A DNA stretch of 64,000 nt from Camelus ferus (GCF_009834535.1 NC_045697.1:105588001-105652000); one strand, 5' to 3'. Positions 51,701 through 64,000 are shown, numbered from the stretch's first letter. The notes: generated by a model from the sequence alone, not told the origin. Translations and numbers: made by a program.

Positions 51701-53061
51701 TTCTATTTTCAAAGGTAGAATTGTTATGAATAAATAGGGTGTAACTGAAAGAGAAACTTCTCTGACTAAATTAAAGCATTACATCATTTTAGAGAAGTTT
51801 AGATTTTGTTTCGTTTTCCAAATTGGCAAATGAGTTTCCCCAAGCATGAACAGCAAGATATGAGACATTTGGAAAGAATGTAGTTAGTGTAAAGTGAAGC
51901 ACAGTCCCTGGTTTCTGTATACCCACCAGCATTCCATTTTAATCTTTATTTCCGAAGTCTGATCATGATTTCTTTTGTGGGTGTCAGCAATTAAAAACAT
52001 TGAACTGATAACAAAGAACTGTTACGTTTTTCTTCCCATAGCTGGATGGCAGATAACCCATTTTGACTTAAGGGACTGGAACCAAGTGTGGAACCAAGCA
52101 TGGAAGAACATGGAACCAAGGCAATTCCTTCTCCACAATTTGGTTCCAAGATCAGTCAAGACTGAACTTGAATGAGAAGTCCTGGTCAACACTGGTACTT
52201 TCCAAGGTGGACTCAACACATGGTTCCCAATAAGGTCAGTCACTCACTCTCTGACCAGACATAGTCTAGTCCACCTTAACCAGAGATACAGAGAGGGGAT
52301 GAAAGAGAATCTGGGCTAAATCTCTGGTATACCTAGAGCAGTTTTCCCTTTTATCTTTGGTAGGCCAACAGCCTTGATCAAATTCAGGTTGGTGTTACCT
52401 TTTGTACTACTCCTTCCTCAAGGAAAGCACCTTAGTAAGCAGGGCATAGGGAGAGACAGTGCAAGCTACAATGCACACTTCTGAAAGCTCCCTGGCATTA
52501 TGCCAGTTTTCTATAAATTGTGCTCCATTTCTCATCCGTCTCAGCATTTAATGTCTTTCTTTAGCCTGAAAATGAATGCTTTGTTGGTAGTTTAATAGAA
52601 CTTGCAAATTACATCTTTAAAATTGGATAGAAAAAATATAGCAGACATGAACTTAGAGAAGTGGGTAGACTTAGTTATAGGGGGAATCAAAATACAAAGC
52701 AGGAGGGATGGTGTTGACCAGCCATAACAGATGCAAGTTGTCATCCATAATACTCATTAAATATGACCTTGGAAAACACTAGTGACTTCCAATTGTGTGC
52801 TACCAAGTGAAATGATACTAGAGTCAAGAGAAATCCTGCATTGCAAAACCACTCCCCAAATATACACCACGAGGAAAATTGATCTGAATTTTCCATACAT
52901 CCTCACTAGAGATCTTACAGGCATGATGGCTTTGTAAAACTAGTTTAAATTAATATGGAAGAATTAGAAAATGATTATATCCTGTTTGATAGATTAATGC
53001 AACTTATGAGAAAGCCAATACATCTAGGAAGAACAAAATTCATGAATCTGGGTCTTAGATT

Positions 53062-53312
53062 TGTAGCTGTCTTTATTTCAGGTTCTCTAGAAAATTGAGT
53101 CTGTGATAAAACTGACATGCTCGGGCTTTACTGACAGGTGCAATCCCAGAGCAGCAGGTCTGAGGCACAAAGGTAAGTGAGACAAGGGAGGAAGGAATGC
53201 AAACACGAAGAGATACATAACCAGGCTGGCCAGAGCTTCATCAGAAGCCTAACTGATATCTTGGTTCACAGTATTTTCCAAGCAAGTCCTGCCTCAGAGC
53301 AAACTTTTAGTT
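53062..53312 (-). mobile_element. LTR16-like/ERVL LTR fragment
   Basis: 'caggttctctagaaaattgagtctgtgat...gcaatcccagagcagc...aagtgagacaagggaggaaggaatgcaaacac'. Confidence 0.5.
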
Positions 53313-53532
53313 CAGGGGTTCGCAGACTTTTTCTGTAAAGGGCCACATAGTAAATATTTCAGATTTTGCAAGGTACATGGTCTCTGTAATAATTATTCAA
53401 CTCTGTTGTACTGTGAAGGTTGTCCTAGACAATAAACAAATGAATGGGCATGGCTATGTTCCAATAAAACTTTATTTACCAAACTAGGAGGCAGGCCAGA
53501 TTGGCCCTTTGACTGTTTATTGACAATCCCTG
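53313..53532 (+). mobile_element. MER58A hAT-Charlie DNA transposon (MITE)
   Basis: Termini cagggg...ccctg; internal 'tttttctgtaaagggccacatagtaaatattt' and 'aatgggcatggctatgttccaataaaactttattta'. Confidence 0.9.
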
Positions 53533-54458
53533 TCTTGGAAAAGGGAGAGGAACTTACTTGACCTTTTTCTCTCATCGCTCATCTCTCAGTGGTCAAAGTT
53601 CACCCCTTGGGATGGTAATACTTCTGAACTTTGTCACCTGCCCCATCAGGTGATAACTGAGGAAACAGATTCCACATACCAGAGTGTGGTGCATCATTTG
53701 ACCTTGGGAATGTCAGATGAGTTACAGCCTTCATGGTTCCATTCACGTTGGACCTGCTTCCTAGAATCACTATGGCTGCCAACACAGAGCAGACCAGAGG
53801 CTGAGATGCTGATGCTGAGGGGATAACGGTCCTTGGTGGATGCTCAAGCTATTCACTTGAACAAGCAGCCACAGCCCCGGCACTGGGACCCTGGCGGGGC
53901 TGATCACTTTTGAATGAGTGAAAAATCAGTGTTTAAAAATATAGAATAAGACTATATAGCATTATATATATTATACTTTATTTATATGTAAAATTATGTA
54001 TATATAAAATTATACAGATGACATAGAAATAATTTAAAAGTTCATATTCATTAGTTAATTTGCAATATAATATCATATTTACCTTAATTACTAACAGCCT
54101 GTAACATATATCCAAATTTGGGGGGAAGGATGAAAGGTTTTTAAAAGGATGCCAAATTAAGAATTCTCTGCAGATTTCAATTTTTTAGCAACAATGCTCA
54201 AAACTAATTATAATTTATGTGCAAATAAATGCTTAAAATTCTGAGTTTACATATTCAGTGGAAGTTGTATATCATAGGTATCAAAATCATTAAAACATCT
54301 TCAAATGAATTAACATATATTATAGAGTAGCTTCTTATTACATAAAGAGAAAGTCATCAAAAATTTTTTGAGTTAAAGTGATCTTGATTTGTTGCCAAAA
54401 TCAGCACTTGGGGAGCTGCCTTGGTATGATTTCTAGTAGAATTTCTGATTGTTTTAAC

Positions 54459-54570
54459 CAGTGCATCCTGAACTTTAATATGCAGATAAATCACCCCAGG
54501 TCTTATTAAAATGCAGATTCTGATTCAAAAGGTCTGGGGCAGGACCTGAGATTTTTTCACACCTAGAAGG
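54459..54570. mobile_element. MER5A-like hAT MITE fragment
   Basis: 'aatcacc...cttattaaaatgcagattctgattca...aggtctggggcaggacctgaga'. Confidence 0.75.
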
Positions 54571-56227
54571 CTGAAACTGAAGTGGAGCCAAAATTCCTAG
54601 TGAATCTACCTTCTCCTAATATTACTGTTAGGGGGTCAAATGAACTTGAAATAGGAGAGACATTCTCTCCAGAAGAAGCTTCATTGATATATGAAACAAT
54701 TGTTGTCATTTAGTGCAGGAATGAAATATATGCTTGCTGTTACAAACATCACATCAGCTTGGAGAGAATGGACTCACAGGCATTCTGTGCATCTGACATC
54801 CAAAGAGTTGTAGTGAGGCATCCTGACCCTTCTCTATGAGTAGAACTGATTTCATTGCCATATCCTTGCCTCCAACGAAGGTTTTCAAAACTCTAGTATT
54901 TTAAAACTGCAATGCTCTTATTTTCTAATAACGGCAGAACAGTGAAGAGAAATGGACACTTTAATGCCTAAAGAATGCAGTAAGACTGAATAAGGGGTTG
55001 GGGATGGGAAAAACAACCACAGATTTAATTTTTAACACAAGCTTAGGGATTGCACAGAAAAATAACCCAGACTGCGTTCTTTTTGTCATTGCTTCACACA
55101 GCACGGCTCAGAGAAACTTGAGTGTATTCAAGTGACTTTGCACACTTAAGACTCAGTTTTGCAGGTGGAGTGGAGCTCAAGGGTGGGGTGACCAATATTG
55201 TGGCAGTAATTCTGTTGGATAAACATCTGCCCCTGGGCTCCTCCCTGGAAGGAGCTCTGTTTGTTTGAAGTAGTCATACTAAAACTTCTTTGGTAGGGGT
55301 TATAGACAGCACCGAGAAACCTCTTCTCAGCTTGACTCTGGATAGACAGGAAAATAGGTGAGGATAGCTGGGTAAGATTTGTATTTCTGTGTCCAGGAAG
55401 CTCCATTACTGGTATTCTAAAGGGGGTCATTAATTCAAATATAGCTCCATCTGACTCTGAAACTTGTCAAAAGAAGAGGTTTTTGGTTTTTTGTTTTAAT
55501 TCAGCCAGAAACACTTTAATCAAATTACTCTTTGTTTTGACTTCCTCCTAATTTCTGGAACATACTTTTGTGCCAATCAAAAGCTAGTATCAGACCAAGT
55601 TGGGTAAAGAGAGAGGTAAGATAGAACCTCCATACCTGCTTCGAGGTTGGGTGGCACCAAAATCATCCTGAATTTCTCCCTTCACTGAATCGTGCAGTCT
55701 CAAATTCCTCCCATCTCTCTGCCCAGAGGAGAGAGTGGAATGTTCTCCACCTTCTAAGATAACTAGGACGGCTTTCAACACCTTGGGAACTTCCTTTGAG
55801 GATACAATACCCTCAGCCTTTCTTGCCTCTCTAATCATGAAACAGGTTCCTCAGTTTAGAGGATACACAAGATTTTACTTTTATTTGCTCCTTTAAGCAA
55901 CATCAGAGGTCGAGACAAATCAGTTCCTCCACATTTTCACATGCAAAACTCACGAAGTGATAGACATAATTATTATATTTCTTCCCGGCAGAGCCAGTCA
56001 TGCACAGTTTGGTATATTTCTTCAAGCAGTTTTATTTTACTATGGTCATCGTAACGAGTAAGCCAATATTGCCTTCATTCTTATTCATTTTCTCCTGAGT
56101 ACATAGATTTTCTATTTGTTAAAATGTCTGAAATGAAAAGAACCAGGATGAGCGGATGATATATGATTTTGATACATGAAACAATGTTACTACTTTCCTA
56201 CAGAATTTTTCTTCTGAGTTTAGTCAA

Positions 56228-56231
<4 letters not shown>

Positions 56232-56279
<48 letters not shown>
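56232..56279. repeat. (TAA)16 microsatellite at the tail of a MIR
   Basis: Read directly. Confidence 0.95.
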
Positions 56280-56282
<3 letters not shown>

Positions 56283-56520
56283 CTTAAGTAGCACTTACGA
56301 TGTACCAAGCATTGAATGGGTTTTCAGTTTATTCATTTAATCTTAAAAACATATCTACAAGTACAAAATACTACTTTAAACCCACTTTCTAGATGAGGAA
56401 GCAGAGTCATAGAGAGGCTGAGTAACTAGTTCAAGGTCATGCAGCCAAGTACCACTGCTAGAGCCAGGATCTGAACCAGGCAATCCAGCATCTTAGTCTT
56501 TGCTCTTAACCTCTGAGTTA
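56280..56520 (-). mobile_element. MIR SINE
   Basis: 'tagcacttacgatgtaccaagca...cccactttctagatgaggaagcagagtcatagagaggctgagtaactagttcaaggtca...ggatctgaaccaggca'. Confidence 0.85.
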
Positions 56521-57026
56521 CAACTTTTTTCACCAACTAAAACAGATTCATGCACTACAACTACTGCTAGTCTCTATTAAGTCACTTTATTCTTTCTTGA
56601 GTCATCTTGGAGTGTATACGTTCTATGATTAAGTGGTAAATAAGTGATTTTTCAGACACACCGACTGCCTTATCTTTTTGATAAGATTAGATTCTGGTGT
56701 TGAAGTTATCTCAGATTTTCCTCCCCCAGTTCTTAATTTTTTTTTAATGTCTCAGTAAAAATACTTTTGTTCCCTACTTGCTAACAAATTTTACGACCAT
56801 GCAATGAAAAATATAGTAATTTTAAAGACAACAATGAAAAAAGTATTCAGAAATGTTTTAGCATTTGAAAATAGCCAAATAATGCTAAAATGGCAAGATA
56901 TGACTTGAAGGAAACCACTTTACAAGTCTTAGAAATGTATATGAGAAATCCTATTTTCTTCTTATAGGCAAGCAGTGGGCACGCAAGTGTCATATGACTT
57001 AGGAATATATTTGCTTAATGACTTAC

Positions 57027-57122
57027 CAGGTCCAGCGCCACTCTGGTTTATGAGCACAGCCCTGTCTGTTGCTATGTAGATGATGAATTGTAATAAGTGT
57101 GTTCAAGGACATTAGATCACAT
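57027..57122 (-). other. Candidate 96-nt internal exon (probably non-coding)
   Basis: Minus-strand acceptor gtctctgaatctctttgcag| and donor ctg|gtaagt; splice motifs only, no transcript evidence. Confidence 0.35.
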
Positions 57123-59049
57123 CTGCAAAGAGATTCAGAGACCATCTACTAGACAGTGTGAAAGGAGGCTCAAACAGTTCTGGTTAAGAAAGAGCTATTT
57201 TTCTTTTTCTTTTCTTTTTTTATTTTTTTGTGGAGGTCTGTCTTCATCTTTCTATCCGTTAATCTTTAACTATTAATTCCTATTGTCCTTAAATTATCTT
57301 TCAAATCTACTACATATATCTTAGGATATAATTGGCTCCCATTGGATGACTGCGTGTTTTATTTCACTTTGTAGCCTTGACGTTCTTTCAATTCATTCTC
57401 ATCAAGGCAACGTATTGAATGAATGTATTTTACAAAACAGTAGTTGTTGAATTCTGATGTGTGTGTGTGTGTGTTTGCACGTGAGTGTGTGTACATGTGT
57501 ATAGTACATCTAGGAACAAACCTGTGTTTCAGGGTGGACCTTTGGCATTCCAAGTTTTAGTCAGAATTATTTTTTATGACTTAGTTACAAACCCCCAAAA
57601 CATGGACTTATAATGCAAATGCTGACATAACCTTTACATTTACCCAGCTAGAAATCAAGGTGCTATAAAACACCATATTTGAAAAGTCAAGCAAGATAAA
57701 ACACTGGGTTAATATTTGTTGCAAAAAAGAAGTTGACCAAACACTTCTAGTTTCTGTTTTAAATGAAATATAGACCATTTTATACCTTCAGTAACAAAAT
57801 AAAATGTAAAATGACTATTGTATGTAAGTGAAATTAATGCTAGAAAAGACTCCTTATGGGGAAAAAAGGGACCTCAGTTAGGGACTTTACTATTTTCTAG
57901 TCCAAAATCAAATTTCTGAATGCTGTTGAGAGTTACTTCTCTAAGAAATTAAATTTTGGTCTTGCAAGTTTTGCTGAAAAAGTACTCAGTCCTTCCTGAG
58001 TGCTGTGGAAGGTCAGAGAACACAAGCAGTCACACGGGAGGTTATGCCAGTAGAATTCTCGTTGAACACTTGATGTCATATGTCATCAGACACTAGCTTT
58101 TCTATCAGGTCATTTCAGGATAAGGTAGTACTGAAAAAGCAGAACCAACTGACTGGGTGGATTGCTAACAAGTTTCAGGGGTTTGGCTGGCATTCCGAAG
58201 TTTATTTGAATTAATACTCATTCCCATTGGCCCGCAGAGCTTTGTGAAAACTGGCGTTTCAGCGACCACTTTCATTGCTTCCTGATTATACTGGTATCAG
58301 AAACACAAGAAAAATACTTGCAAGACAGATTTTTATAGGAATAATTTTCTTCAGGTAAGGAAGCACTTTCTGTCAAAAGGTACAAAGAACATCCGTTTTG
58401 TTTACTTGCTATGCTTGGCAACTGCCAGAGAAGGTATTTACCAAAGCCAGTCTAATTGGTGTGCTGATGACTTGTTTCTGGGGATTATTCGGTATTTACA
58501 ATTTCTACAGTAGGTTTCAAAGAATTCTCATTGATGGTTTAAACAGGTATAAGTTCCCAACACATACAATCAGTTCTACCCGTGAATCTGTAAAAATTTT
58601 AGTTATATTTTTACGCCTAATAGATGATGACTGAACTGAAGAAGTGTTAGGATAAGTAGAAAACACCGTATTTTTCTGAATCTTAAGGCTTTAGGGTTTA
58701 AGGACATTATGAATTGTATGATGATCTTCAATTTCCATCTAGTCTGTCTCACAATTTGCAATGGAAACACTTGGATTCTTTCTGAAGATAATGCGTATAG
58801 ACTTAGAAAATTCTGTTTATGCTTTAGTAAGGTTAGGGGAAAACCTATGTTCTATTTACACTACTCTGAGTAAGTGCGCCACTGTATCTGTGAGTTGGAT
58901 GGGGTTTGTCTGGGGTTTTTCTGGGGTTTTGATTGTACATACAAAAACAGTAGCTAAGTAGGAGAGGAAGAACCAACTCGGTTAATGGCAGAGCAAAAAG
59001 AAACACCTCTGTTGTTGGGCTTTCTTAAAAGATTTGAGAACAGTCGAAT

Positions 59050-59480
59050 CCTGGAAGCCCAAAGAGGCGGGCACGAGTGCGTATAGTAGCACTGTCCTCT
59101 GGTAAACGTGGCGCGAAAGATCCCAGCTCCCTCCCGTCCAATCAGATGGGAACGTCCTCCTCCCTCGGCGCGGAGGGCGGGGCGATGGGCGGGGCTGAAG
59201 CTTGCGCAGGTCTCCTCCGCGCGCCAAGGTGCGAGTGAGGGGAGGGCGCGAGGGGCGTTCTCCCAGCGCCGTGCTTCCCGCCTCACGGTGCAGTGCTCTG
59301 CCTGGTTTCCACGCCGAGGGACTCCCCAGAACTTGCTCGAGTGCCCTCAGAGGCGGAACCTTGCCCCCCAGCCGTCCGTGGTGCTCCTGGCAGACTGGTA
59401 GGAAGTTCTCACAGGGAGCCCAGCCTGCCCCGTGACTTCCGTGTTCTTCTTCAGTCCAGCGGCAAAGAGCAGGTCCGGTC
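59050..59480. promoter_or_regulatory. CpG-island promoter (E2F, CCAAT and GC boxes); gene not identified, possibly bidirectional
   Basis: Only CpG-dense segment in 64 kb; GCGCGAAA (=TTTCGCGC) 59111-59118, CCAAT 59138-59142, GGGCGG 59175-59180 and 59187-59192, ACTTCCG 59435-59441; no TATA box; GC-rich shoulder to ~60400. Confidence 0.8.
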
Positions 59481-61234
59481 TTGCAGCTGATTTTCAGATA
59501 TTTGAGTCAGTTCCCTCTCCACACGCTCCCTGCCCCACAAATACCCGATTTCTTCATGAAATCCAAATGCACTCTGAGGAGAGGGAAAACTAGGAAGTAT
59601 TTTCAGAAAAATGTAAGGATACTTAAAACCAGTTTCCTCTTAGGACCACTCCCTGCGTGCCCGCCTCTCGCCCCCATCACCGTGGAGGGGAAGTTCAGGT
59701 CAGAGCCTGTGGGAAAGGTGACCCTGACGGCAGGACACCTGAAGCATGGTGGGGGATGGGTGGTGGCTCTTCTCTCCTCGCACTGAACTGCAGCCAGGGC
59801 TCCGGCCCCTCTCTGCACGGCTCCCTTTGCCTCCGCTCTCAGAAGTGAAATGCTGCACAGCCGCCAGGGCTGGTGCAGAGTTAAGACACTTTGAGCCAAG
59901 AAAATAAAGAGTCAGATGTCCCGGCAGCTTTCAGTGCGTCCTGATTCTCACCACCCCCAGAGCAACCATGAAAGTAGGAGGGACCAGATGAAGACATTTA
60001 AAAATTGGTTCTGCTCCACAGGGATCCGGAGCAGGCTGGGGCTCGGCTGCTTTGAGGTGGCTTCAGAGGCTCCTCTCTGGTGTCAGAACATGAAGGTGGC
60101 AGCTCCGCTCCCCTTTGAAACCTCTCTGACTCACCCTAACCTTGAGGTAGGAAGAATGAAACTTACTTTTCTTTCTTTCTTTGTTTTAAAAACACATTTA
60201 ACATACAATCGAATGAAACCAAATTCCATGGAAGTCCAACGGAAGCATATATTCAGCATTGCCATGGCCAGCTTCTGGTCTTTAGCAGGGATCCGTGACT
60301 GAGGGAAGTGTGTGGGTGTTTGTGCCGGATCCCTGCCATTCACTGGGTCTCGGGTGAGATCTGCGTGAGCGAGTTAAGAATTCCATTTCTCTTCTACAGT
60401 CCAAGAGGGAAGGGAAGTGCACTTAACGCTGCAGTGTGAAAAAAACAAACGAAACGAAACAAAACAAAACCCCCTACAATGTAAAGGCCCACCCACACTT
60501 GGAAAACCGTGTACCAGCTGCTGGAGCGTGGATTAGATACACTTGGGGCCTTTCTCTGAGATGACATCAACAATCTGTTGCTTCACGGTCACTTGGGTCA
60601 CGACCATTTTGCTGGGGCCTTACCTACTGAGCGCTTGCATGGCTGCTGGAAAATGTTCATAGAAAAGGACAAGTGGGACAGGAGATGTAGAGAAAAGCAG
60701 GCTTTAGCCACCTGCATATGACTTGGCAAAGTGTGAGCCTCTGTAATCACCTTGTAGAGATCTGAGACCTTCCAGGGTCTTTAGGAATTCATTAAGAGCA
60801 TCAGGGTCTGTCACGAGCTAAGTGTTGAGTAGATAAGGTTGAAAGAGCAGTAGATGAAACTTCCTTTCTCATTACATCACACAAACGTCTGTGTTCCCGG
60901 CCAGATATGTGAGGGGAAAAAAATAAAAGAGGAAACTCTAAATAATGATTGATAAAATGCCAAGCAACTTCAGAACTTGGTTGACCTTTGCTCTCTTGAA
61001 TTGTATCCTCATGCCTATGTAACATGAACCTCCAAAGTAATGTAACTTAAAAAAAAAGAAAAAACAAACAAAACCCACAATACCCTCACAACATACCAAA
61101 AAAAGGCAAATCTGCGTTATGTCCTTTGGAGCAGTCATTCAAGAATGCTAGCACTCAACCCAATAAGTCTGAAATTATTCAAAACTATTTTTATATTGTC
61201 TCGCTGCAAGTATTAACAGTTCCACATACATTAC

Positions 61235-61400
61235 CTCGAACGTCTTCGTGTGACCTTACAGTCTGGCACATACATCTTGTCTAGCATCCTTGTTTGATGG
61301 AGAAATTTGATTCTGGAAAGTTTAATTGACTTGTCCAAAGTCACAGAAAGCTGAGACCAGAACCAAGATCTGTTTTCCAGGACAGCATTTTTGCCACAAC
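61235..61400 (-). mobile_element. MIR fragment
   Basis: 'gatggagaaatttgattctggaaagtttaattgacttgtccaaagtcacag...ccagaaccaagatct'. Confidence 0.6.
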
Positions 61401-62026
61401 ATCTTTCTGCCTTTTTCCTTTGTGGGTGAACTTCATTTTTGGGGGAAAAAAAAGAAAAGGCATAAGTGAGTCTAAGTCAAATCTAGTGAATAAGATGGAT
61501 GATCAACTCATGCAATGTGGCAAACTTTCGTTGGGCACTGACTATATACAAGGCATCTTGACAAGGGCTCAAAGAATACAAGAGATTTTAAGGCATAGAG
61601 TGTGACCTTAAATTAACTGTAATAGGAAGATCAAAAAAATGAGCTGTGATTATAGTATAATTGAGAGTAGTTTCTGTGAGTTCCTAATTTTGTATTATAT
61701 CCCTTCAGTCAATAGGTTTAGATTCATGAAATCAACAGAGAAAGCACCTACTTTAGTTAAGTACCTATTTGTTGTGCCTTCCTCTCAAATTCACAATGAC
61801 TAGGTAGGGATGAAAAAAAATTGTTAGCTTCTGAAAAGCATTGTGAGTCTTTAAAATGAAAATGGGACCCTAACATTGTAGGTAAGGGTGCAATGACTAT
61901 TTGCTGTAAAAAACTGCTAGCATTTTCAGAATATTTGTGTACTGCCAAATTGCTATGTGGATACTTTTGGGGAAATGAAATCAACACATCCAATCTGTGG
62001 TGACAGACCTCTAATCAATCCTGTGC

Positions 62027-62064
62027 TATTCTAGAGTCTTTCAAATATTCTAGAGTCTTTCAAA
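62027..62064. repeat. Perfect 19-bp tandem duplication
   Basis: tattctagagtctttcaaa x2. Confidence 0.95.
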
Positions 62065-62309
62065 GCAGAACTTAATTTTGCTGTTTTTTAAAATGCTGAA
62101 ATAAAGATAATAAATACCTTGTTAATCTCTGTTTCAGTCAACTTATATTATGATGATATAACTAGCCTGGAAACACACACTCATTGTCTATAGCTTTTCC
62201 TGTTATTTTTAGTAATAAAATAAATATATTTTAATAAGAATATCTTACTGTTGACCTATCATCAATAGAGTTTGGAGTTAGTTTTCTAGTAATAATGTTC
62301 ACTTGGGAG

Positions 62310-62545
62310 ATTAACACTTGTTGAACATATATTCGATGCCTGGTGCATTTATAAACTATGAGTTGCTTCATTTATACATATAATCTTCATAATAACTTCC
62401 TGAGGTAAGCGTTACTAACTTAGTAAGGAAACTGAGGTTCAGAGAGGCTAAGTAAGTTACCTGAATTAATGAAATGAGAAAGGAGTTGTGCTGAGATTTG
62501 AACCCAGATCTGTGGGTTGCTAAACTGTGTTCTTTTCACTGCATT
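62310..62545 (-). mobile_element. MIR SINE
   Basis: 'taaggaaactgaggttcagagaggctaagtaagttacctga...ctgagatttgaacccagatctg'. Confidence 0.85.
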
Positions 62546-62729
62546 AGCTGTACATGCTCCTTTAAATTAGAGTGCTCTGTGACCTTTCCCCATATAATCA
62601 AGGACAAACATTACGAGATGCTTGACGACTGGGGAGAAGAGAGTTGGGAATAAATGGTTGAGAAAGAAATAGTAATTAGTTAGGTGATCTCTGAACTTCC
62701 AAGTCCAGCCCTTGCCCTACCACACTTAC

Positions 62730-62943
62730 CTGAAAGAACTCTGGTGGATATATACGTATGGAAGATCAGGTCCGGCAAACAGGAGCATTTGATTAATGCC
62801 TGTGCTTTTTGTGCATGTCAGTCTGGTGTATTTTCTTGGGATCTAACCTGGACCTTGTGGAGAACCTCTAAACTCCCACTCAGGCCAGATGTTGCCCACG
62901 TTGCATCCTTTTCCTCTGCCTCTCTCTTGTTCCCACTTGGCTT
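62730..62943 (-). ncRNA. Candidate 214-nt non-coding exon
   Basis: Minus-strand acceptor cttcctctctgctcccgtctccttag| and consensus donor cag|gtaagt; stop codons in all three frames; upstream donor aag|gtaagg at 63101/63100. Confidence 0.4.
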
Positions 62944-63410
62944 CTAAGGAGACGGGAGCAGAGAGGAAGTCACTTGTTCTGCAGTGAGGACAGGGCCTGA
63001 TTCTGCTCTTCCTGTGGGGAGGAAGCAAATCCAAAGAGAGAAGTGTTTGTGTTCTTTCTGAAAGTGCATGTCCTGGAGCCCCATGTTCCCCCAACCTTAC
63101 CTTCTGGCACACTCAAATTTTAACTCCCCTATTCAACCTTGCGAAAATTATTAGCCTGGGGACCAATAAGTGTTCTTGTCTCTTGAAACAACCATGGTGG
63201 ATGAATTAAGGATAATGGAAATGGAGAAAGCTTAGTACAGAGGCAGGTAAGGAAGCTGTCAGTTTCTCTTAGCTTTTGGGGAACAGGGTGCATTGATTTC
63301 ATGGATACCCAAGTCATGTACCTATCTGTTTTTTTTTTTTTTAACCATTCACTTAGTATTTATTCACAATTCACATCCATCATTATCGCCTATACCATGG
63401 CTCACTGTTC

Positions 63411-63830
63411 CTTTTTAATTGAGGTATAGTTGATTTACAATGTTGTGTTAGTTTCTGGTGTAAAACATAGTGATTTGTCATATATATACACATACATACA
63501 CATGTTCTTTTTCATTATAAGTTCTTACAAACCATTGACTATAGTTCCCTGTGCTATACAGTAGAATCTTATTGTTTATCTATTTTGTATATAATACTGT
63601 GCATAATAGTTAATCCTTAATTCCTAATTTATCCCTCTCCCCTACCCTTTTCCCCTTTGATAACCATAAGTTTTTTTTTCTATGTCTGTGAGTCTGTTTC
63701 TGTTTTATAAAAAGGTTCATTTGTGCCATTTTTTAAAATCCCACATGTAAGTGATATCATGTGATATTTGTCTTTCTCTGTCTGACTTACTTCACTTAGT
63801 GTGAGAATCTCTAGGTCTGTCCGTGTTGGT
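63411..63830 (-). mobile_element. Young L1 3' UTR fragment
   Basis: 'ttaattgaggtatagttgatttacaatgttgtgttagtttctggtgta...tatagttccctgtgctatacagtag...cttacttcacttagt', same family as 13701-14118. Confidence 0.93.
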
Positions 63831-64000
63831 GATGCTACCTTTACTTATCCAGTGCGCTCATCTGAGTTAACTAGCTTAGATCTACTTTAACATTCGGTGA
63901 AAACATTTTAGCAGCGACAAGGATAAAAGAAATGTACAAGAGTCACATCTGACCACATCTTTTATGCACTGTAGTTGAAATGACTTGACATGCAATTTGA

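Noticed and set aside
58954..60302. Overlapping ORFs across the CpG island as coding exons
   Set aside because: Arg/Pro/Ala/Gly-rich ORFs on both strands are expected from high GC content; most start at non-ATG codons and none resembles a protein I recognise.
1..64000. CRISPR arrays, prokaryotic operons, rRNA or mitochondrial insertions
   Set aside because: The sequence is mammalian repeat-rich nuclear DNA; I saw no repeat-spacer periodicity, long ORFs or rRNA/mtDNA-like segments.

Overview
AT-rich, CpG-depleted mammalian genomic DNA, very probably from a camelid (alpaca, llama or camel): it carries tRNA-Ala-derived Vic-1-type SINEs and several young L1 3' ends of one lineage. I find no protein-coding exon I can support. 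The ORF track is spurious or derived from L1, L2 or ERVL. About 59 kb is intergenic or intronic sequence filled with old repeats (MIR, L2, L1M, MLT1, MLT2, LTR16/LTR33-ERVL, MER5A, MER58A). It is followed by one small CpG-island promoter (~59.05-59.5 kb) with E2F, CCAAT and GC-box motifs, whose gene I cannot identify. The strongest unexplained structure is a 278-bp, indel-free, 98.6%-identical inverted repeat (28433-28710 / 33277-33554) around a 4.57-kb segment. Other observations: a candidate spliced minus-strand non-coding transcript flanking the promoter, an L1 with a ~40-50-bp flanking duplication, a TSD-flanked chimeric L1 and a two-LTR ERVL relic. Repeat subfamily names come from my recall of consensus sequences, and old-repeat boundaries are approximate. 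Both need RepeatMasker/Dfam confirmation.
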